In this document: positions 14,611 through 20,000 of the stretch, in pieces
How positions within the stretch are numbered: the first letter of the stretch is position 1
How the letters are laid out: every line of letters begins with the position of its first letter
Origin: Seison nebaliae
Lineage: Eukaryota
Length of the DNA stretch: 20,000 bases
Direction: 5' to 3'
Assembly: GCA_023231475.1 (NCBI GenBank)
Contig: JALJEE010001389.1
Span: forward strand, 51,737 to 71,736
The notes under the pieces: model-generated
Databases searched by the model: none
What the model was told of the DNA's origin: nothing
The model's input: the letters and a program-made list of their open reading frames with translations, nothing else
Program-made: the position numbers and the translations under genes

Positions 14611-14708
14611 GTTAGACGAGTTTCATCAATAATAATTAATAATTTATTTAATAATAATTAATATTATTTATTTAATTATTTTATAATTTATTTTTTTCTT
14701 TTCAACAG
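14611..14708 (+). other. 98-nt phase-1 spliceosomal intron (GT-AG)
   Basis: Donor G|GTTAGA at 14611 and acceptor TTTTTTTCTTTTCAACAG| ending at 14708, with 70 nt of pure A/T (14628-14697) between them. Splicing joins G(14610)+AT(14709-14710) into GAT, followed by GGA TTG AAC, exactly in frame with the 14714..16975 ORF. Confidence 0.92.
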
Positions 14709-16975
14709 ATGGATTGAACAATCGAAATTTGAGAAAGAATAATATCGATGAATTATCGATGAATACGAATTTGTCAGAAAAATCATTTGTTGATTCATTA
14801 CCATCGATAACAGCACCATTAACCGCAGCAAATGGCGACGAAGAGAAATGGAGAACATTATTATTATTTTCTGTCAATTTATCAAATCTAAATATCGGTA
14901 TGAATATGAGTAATGCTATGGGACAAGTAACATGGACGACAAAGAAGTTCCTAGCATATGGAAGTCTCAAATTGGAATCGAAGGGAAGTCGTCACATCTC
15001 CGTCATGAGTCATATCTCCAAATCGGATTTGTTAGCGACTGGTGGTATTATCGGATGTAAGTTATCGTTGGAAGATGTCAATTCTCGATTGACATCAACT
15101 TATGGTACAAATTCGGCCCCATTTAATCGAGCACATGTCGATATTGGATTGGTGGAAGGAATGTCGGAATATATGGTCTCACCTTCAATGATGTTTCGAG
15201 CATGTGATTTATCCATTGATATTTGGGATGAATGGAAACCAGATGATGATAATAATAATCATCATTCATCCAATGAGGAAGATAATTCAAGTGGTGAATT
15301 AATTAAATATTCGGCGATGCTTATGAATACAGATGTGAGATGGGGAATGTTGGATTTGATGATTACACGTCACACTAGTTCCGATGCCATAAAAATGGGA
15401 ATTAAATTCATCGAATTCTTCCGACAACAATTTCAGAGTGGACGGAAAGAACTCGTCGATTTATATGATGAATTCTCTCCCAATCAATCGAGAACGATGG
15501 AACAGACGAAGAAAAATAATCCATCAAGTACTGATGAAAGGAACGATTCGTTCCCAAATTCTCTTATTCCCAACGCTAAAGATATTTTGAAACAATTGAA
15601 TGTTGTAGGTGGCACATTACATACATATGGTAATTGGTTATCATTATGTTGTTTCTATGGAATTAATTTCCGTTCACAATCCTGGGCCATGTTCATAATG
15701 AAAGATGCTTCTATCGATTTCTCGACTGAATCGACACCAGATGATCGAATCGATCAATCTTTTCTTTTTAGTCTCAGTCATTTAGGTAGGGAACAATTGT
15801 CAAAGATAAGACATGAACAATCAACACTCAACAATATGGCGAGTGTTCATTGGGTGAATCGAGGATTAGTAATTCCTGCACAATATGCACCCATTGAAGA
15901 ATGGTTCCAATATGTTCATGCTGGTATTAGTGATTGTGAATGGTTAAAATATTATAATCGTCAAATAGATAATTCGTTAAATAAATTGAAAGAATTTGAT
16001 GAGACGTCATCAAATTTAAATAAGAACAATTCAACAAACGACACCAATTTCCGTCCATCAATCAATAACAACAATAATACGAATAACAATAATAATAGTG
16101 ATAAGAATATTCATGAGAATGATAGGAGGAAAAAAGAGAATAATTCGGAATTACTCCGAAAAACTTATGATCAGACGACGGAAAAAATATTCTTTTTACC
16201 AGCACTTCAAGTTCATATTCAGACGTCTCAACGTAAAGTGGAAGATGAAAGTATTAAAGTCATTTGTAATTTCATTACACAATTCGAAGATCATATTTCA
16301 ATTTCGATGAACGCTGAAGTTTTTTATTATTTGAAAGATTTAGTGGTGACTTATATGGAAGAGAAACAGAAAGCACTTCAAGCTACAAGAGAAGAAGTTA
16401 TTCGATTGAGAGACAACAATACATGTCAACGAGAAGAAACGAAAAAGAATTTTCCATCTAATCAGTATTATGATCCAATTTCATCCAATCACAAAATGAA
16501 GAATAATTATCGTCAACAAATGATTATTAATCGGAATGTTGTTTTGAATGGTGACGAATCGGAACTTCTCAATCACAAGGCCAGTTTCCTTCAACAATTC
16601 ATCGATAAACGTTCATTCGAGACATCTAAATGGAAATTGGAACCAACCATCATTCTGTTGGCATATGGGAAGGAAGTGGAACCACAAGGAATCGATCTTA
16701 TTCTAAATCGTCTGGGATTTACTCATGCTCGTTTAACAATTCCCAAATGGATCCAACGAGGAGTGATGGACATCTCTCACGAATTCATTCAACATCTCAT
16801 TCATTTATTGATCGATTGCTCTCCAATTCATTTTCGACAACATCTTAATCCGGAACAGATGGCACCACCCGCTCCTCCAATTCCACCACTTCCATTACTC
16901 ATTCCCATGAAAATGACAATCAAACAACGACAGTACAAAGACCGTCACTCGAAAATCAAAAAATCATTCAAATGA
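14709..16975 (+). CDS. BLTP1: BLTP1 terminal coding exon (FSA_C-type C-terminal region)
   Basis: Contains WRTLLLFSVNLSNLNIGMNMSNAMG, CFYGINFRSQSWAMF, IFFLPALQ, CNFITQFEDHISISMNAE and WKLEPTI...GIDLILNRLGFTHARLTIPKWIQRGVMD, the hallmark KIAA1109 C-terminus. TGA stop at 16973-16975. Confidence 0.93.
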
Positions 16976-17225
16976 GTTTCTTATGTGAACTCGCTATGAG
17001 AATGACATAATAACACATCCAATTTATCATTCTTTTTTCCTTTTATTTCCTTTTTGTTTTCATTTCTCTTAAACTCTCAACAAATTATGGGATTTATTCT
17101 ATTCAACTTCGTTCTATTATTCATTTACACACCAAACAGTATTCGATTAATCAAAAATTCGTTTTTCTTATTCAAATCCAAACTAATAATTCTCTTTTCT
17201 ACTCCTCTCTCCCCTCCAAAATATA

Positions 17226-17320
17226 AATAAATACATCAATTTCCATTTATTTATTATTAGATCGTTATATTTAATAAATGAATTCTAAACTAATTTTCCT
17301 ACATAATTTTGACCAATAAA
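17226..17320 (+). promoter_or_regulatory. Candidate polyadenylation signals of BLTP1 (AATAAA at 17226, 17273, 17315)
   Basis: Three AATAAA hexamers 250-345 nt after the stop in a T-rich 3' region. The AT-rich background makes each individual site uncertain. Confidence 0.4.
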
Positions 17321-17428
17321 TTTTATTTGACAATCAACTACAATTCAACTAATTCTCATGCTCAAATTTCTCTCCATTAAAAGGGAACTTTTTAAAGGAA
17401 TCTAAAAAAAATAATAAAATTTTGGAAA

Positions 17429-17446
17429 TTATTATTATTATTTATT
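17429..17446 (-). repeat. LINE 3' tail: AATAAA + (TAA)4
   Basis: The minus strand reads ...TCT AAT AAA TAA TAA TAA TAA, directly terminating the extended ORF2 frame. Confidence 0.65.
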
Positions 17447-18842
17447 AGAGAAATTTCTGTCGGAATAAATAGGAAAAATAGATAAAAAAAATTTCGATCT
17501 TCGCCAACATCGATCAAGCGGTGTAATTCGGTAAGAGAATCCCGATCGATTGGTATAGAATCTGAGATGTCGTAAGAAAAAATTAAATTTCTGAAATCTT
17601 GAGGAGAAGCAATTATGAAAATTATTTATGTTGGAAATGTATGAAGTGTAGAAGTTCGATTACGAAATTTTGTCGATAAGAGTAAAAATGCGACGACACA
17701 AGAGAATCGGCAGCGGTACGAGACCAACTGTTGCGAAAAGCAGAGAACGGTTACATCTGTGAAAACAACCGATTAATCTCCTGATAAGACGATTGTACAC
17801 ACGGTCGATCGACAAGAATGAACGTTGAATGCATAAAAATATTGTATTCAGAGAATATAATGGAAGAACCATACTCTTAAAAAGACAACCGAGATCAATG
17901 GTTGAGCCAAGAAAGATGGTGGAAGATTTAAGTGGAATCGACGAGAAAGATCGTAAACCGGTTGATAGTAGACAACATTTAGAAGAACTTATAGATACAC
18001 CTCGTTGTGTAAGAAGTGATGAAAGAGATCGATACGATTGTTTTAGATGGCGGAGAGAACGATCTACAATCACGATGTCATTTCCGTACGCTATGACATG
18101 TGGGAACGATGCGATTTCAATGTGTATGTCACATGATTCATTCAGATTACCAAGAACCTCATCGATGACTAAACCTAAAAGCCAAGGACGGAGAATAGTA
18201 CCTTGACGAACATCGGAATTAATAGGAAAAACATTGCTCAGTCGGTTGTCAATGACAACACGCTCAACAGATTCGTAACAGAGATGATAAAGAAATCTGA
18301 TGAACAGCGAATGATAAAGCGAATGACACATTTATAGAGTCGAAAGCTTTAGAAGCATCAAGAAGAAGAAGATGTAGAGAAACATTCTGTTCCCTGGCTG
18401 AAGAAATAACCGAACTTAGCTGGAAGAGAAGAGGATATGTACCACGACAAGAAGATCGATAGGCGAATTGATAATATGAAGAGAAAAGAATGTTGCGGTA
18501 GCGGAATAACATGAGATTCTCAACCAATTTTAACACGAAAGAAAAAATGCAAATCGGACGGTACGAATTTAAGGAGGAGGAATTTAGGTTCGGCTTCTTC
18601 AAGATTGGAATCACTTTGAAGATGAAAGAAGAGGCTGAAAAACTGTCTTCCAACAACGACGAATTAACGTAGTTGGTAAGATTCGAAATGAGCGACGGTA
18701 GAGCATGCTGAACGAATTTAATGCAAATACCATCAAGTGCAATAATTGATTCATAGACGTCATGAGAGGAAAATAAAATTAAATTGAAATTGTCGAAAGA
18801 AGAAAGATATAACAGAACGATAGTATATGATATTATCGACAT
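17438..18842 (-). pseudogene. LINE ORF2 reverse transcriptase pseudogene
   Basis: Two ORF-track pieces (18264..18842 and 17660..18331) join by a frameshift near 18330, just after AFDSIN. The catalytic motif reads YGND (18077-18088). After the TAA at 17660-17662 the same frame stays open for 73 more codons to a TAA at 17438-17440. Confidence 0.85.
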
Positions 18843-19463
18843 GTCGTTAATAATAAAATTATCGATCTATGAACTACCGGCACGAGCCAATATATAATGC
18901 TCAAAATTTGGAGATCTCTCATTTATTATATCGATACACTTTATATTTGAAGCGATTTAGAAGTTGATCTTTATTTATCTTAAAGAATAAAAATTAGAAG
19001 AAACGAGGAACGAGGGTAAACGGTGATTCACGGAAGGAGAGGTAAACTATGAATGCGTATACATTAGTTCTATGATGAATTACGAAATGAATTGCCAGAA
19101 AGGAATGAGTGTGTGTTTTCTTCTATTTTGGCTATCGTTTTTATAGTCATTCCCGAATACACCAACTTCTTAGTGAGTCATTAACCGGCTGACGTCTTCA
19201 ATGTTCAATCGGGCCATTAATCATTGTAAGTTACATCCTAGATGTTCCAACTATATGCCTTGTCCTTTCTGTTATTGCAAGGGAACATATCGGGAAAAAA
19301 TGGTATTTCCCCAATGTTATTTAGTCGGCGGTATAATGATTCTTTTTGTTCTGCTGGGGAAAAAGGAATAAAAAGAGTTTCAAAATTATCAAAATTTACA
19401 AATATCCGAAATACGGTGTCTATTGATATCATGCATCAAACGTATGCAGGTTTAATGGGAGAA

Positions 19464-19554
19464 GGACATAAGAGCCACGAGACAAAAGAGCCACGGGACA
19501 AAAGAGCCATGGACAAAAGAGCCATGGACAAAAGAGCCACGGACAAAGGAGCCA
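19464..19554. repeat. Tandem array of six 14-16-bp units, consensus GGACAAAAGAGCCAY(G)
   Basis: Units start at 19464, 19480, 19496, 19511, 19526 and 19541. They are contiguous with no spacers. Confidence 0.95.
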
Positions 19555-19597
19555 GACAGACTTCTAAAAATGCGATATTTACTATATTATAGAAAGA

Positions 19598-20000
19598 TCA
19601 TACAATTTTTTTTATTTCTTCGAAATACGATGAAAAGTCCATCGTATCAAATGCGTCAATTAAGTTTTTCAAACGAGCAGTAAGTGTTTTCTTCATTTTT
19701 GGATTTTTATTCTTTTCTGCTTCCAAAATCCTTATCTCAATGTATGTTTCAACTTCTTCGATGTTGTCCAAGAATCGGAATACCTACCTGTTGACCGGAG
19801 GATATTCGATTGAAATAATTATTGAACCTTTCCGCAATATTATTAGTAATAGAAGGAGTGCTGTTTTTCCGCATTGCTTCGAAATTGTTCCAAACATGAA
19901 TGGGAAAATGATTGTTTATCAAATTATTCCGAATATCCCGATAACCAATGAATTGTTGGTGGAAATAATTAAAAATCGGATCCCAAGTTAACGGAGCGTT
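19598..20000 (-). pseudogene. MULE DDE transposase C-terminal part, frameshifted
   Basis: Manual translation from 20000 gives NAPLTWDPIFNYFHQQFIG...HFPIHVWNNFE...ITNNIAERFNNYFN, matching the YF..G / FP..WN / TNN..E..N signature, with the putative catalytic Glu at 19830-19832. After a TACCTACC duplication (19781-19788) it continues in another frame as VFRFLDNIEEVE...RLKNLIDAFDTMDFSSYFEEIKKIV, stopping at 19598-19600. Confidence 0.8.

Larger units (their letters stand above)
17429..18842 (-). mobile_element. Degenerate, 5'-truncated non-LTR (LINE) retrotransposon, possibly RTE/RTEX or CR1-L2 group
   Basis: RT motifs DGI, VIPILKK..SYRPI, QFAYR, LLDASKAFDSI, VRQGTILRP, AYGNDIVI, SKC and FLG are present. 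The 3' end on the minus strand is AATAAA followed by (TAA)4. No endonuclease domain is visible and the 5' boundary is uncertain. Confidence 0.85.
19457..20000 (-). mobile_element. 3' end of a Mutator-like (MULE) DNA transposon, continuing beyond the window
   Basis: A transposase C-terminus on the minus strand is followed by a subterminal tandem array (19464-19554) and a candidate terminus at GGG (19457-19459). The other end is outside the window, so TIR and TSD are unconfirmed. Confidence 0.7.

Noticed and set aside
432..16848. Many short antisense or alternate-frame ORFs inside BLTP1 (e.g. 432..653, 6297..6698, 8314..8574, 12274..12603, 14668..14970)
   Set aside because: They are shadows of the main CDS and its triplet repeats (polyM/V/I/N), with no recognisable domains.
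14714..16975. Independent 753-aa gene starting at TTG
   Set aside because: It is the in-frame terminal exon of BLTP1, following a canonical acceptor at 14708.
17829..18206. 125-aa plus-strand ORF
   Set aside because: It is the antisense shadow of the LINE RT and has no recognisable motifs.
17660..18842. RT as a prokaryotic retron, group II intron or DGR, or as a programmed frameshift/readthrough gene
   Set aside because: The motifs and tail are non-LTR type. The combined frameshift, stop, lost catalytic Asp and deletions point to decay rather than recoding.
19464..19554. CRISPR-like appearance of the repeat array
   Set aside because: The units are 14-16 bp and contiguous with no unique spacers, there are no cas genes, and the context is eukaryotic.
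19242..19592. 116-aa ORF with DKRAM repeats, and the overlapping 19238..19432 ORF
   Set aside because: The peptide repeat is just translation through the 15-bp DNA array, and there is no other coding evidence.
19625..19647. Hairpin ATACGATG-N7-CATCGTAT
   Set aside because: An 8-bp stem inside transposase coding sequence is compatible with chance, and no function can be supported.
19740..19991. 83-aa plus-strand ORF
   Set aside because: It is antisense to the MULE transposase, which carries the conserved motifs.

Overview
AT-rich eukaryotic, probably metazoan, genomic DNA. Positions 1-16975 (+) hold most of a bridge-like lipid transfer protein 1 gene (BLTP1/KIAA1109/tweek/lpd-3/Csf1 family). 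The reading frame is open from the window edge, so the N-terminus lies upstream. It runs as one stop-free stretch of at least 14.6 kb, is interrupted by a single 98-nt GT-AG intron (14611-14708) and ends at 16975, giving 5624 visible codons rich in polyQ/N/H/S tracts and large lineage-specific insertions. Downstream, on the minus strand, are two decayed transposons. One is a non-LTR (LINE) retrotransposon remnant with an AATAAA+(TAA)4 3' tail, a frameshift, a YADD-to-YGND catalytic change and a premature stop. The other is the 3' end of a Mutator-like (MULE) DNA transposon, missed by the ORF track, with a 4-bp-duplication frameshift and a 15/16-bp subterminal repeat array. I see no clearly new multi-gene system. 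The most unusual items are the giant exon and a roughly 400-aa non-low-complexity insertion in BLTP1. Homology statements come from my recall of family motifs, not from database searches.
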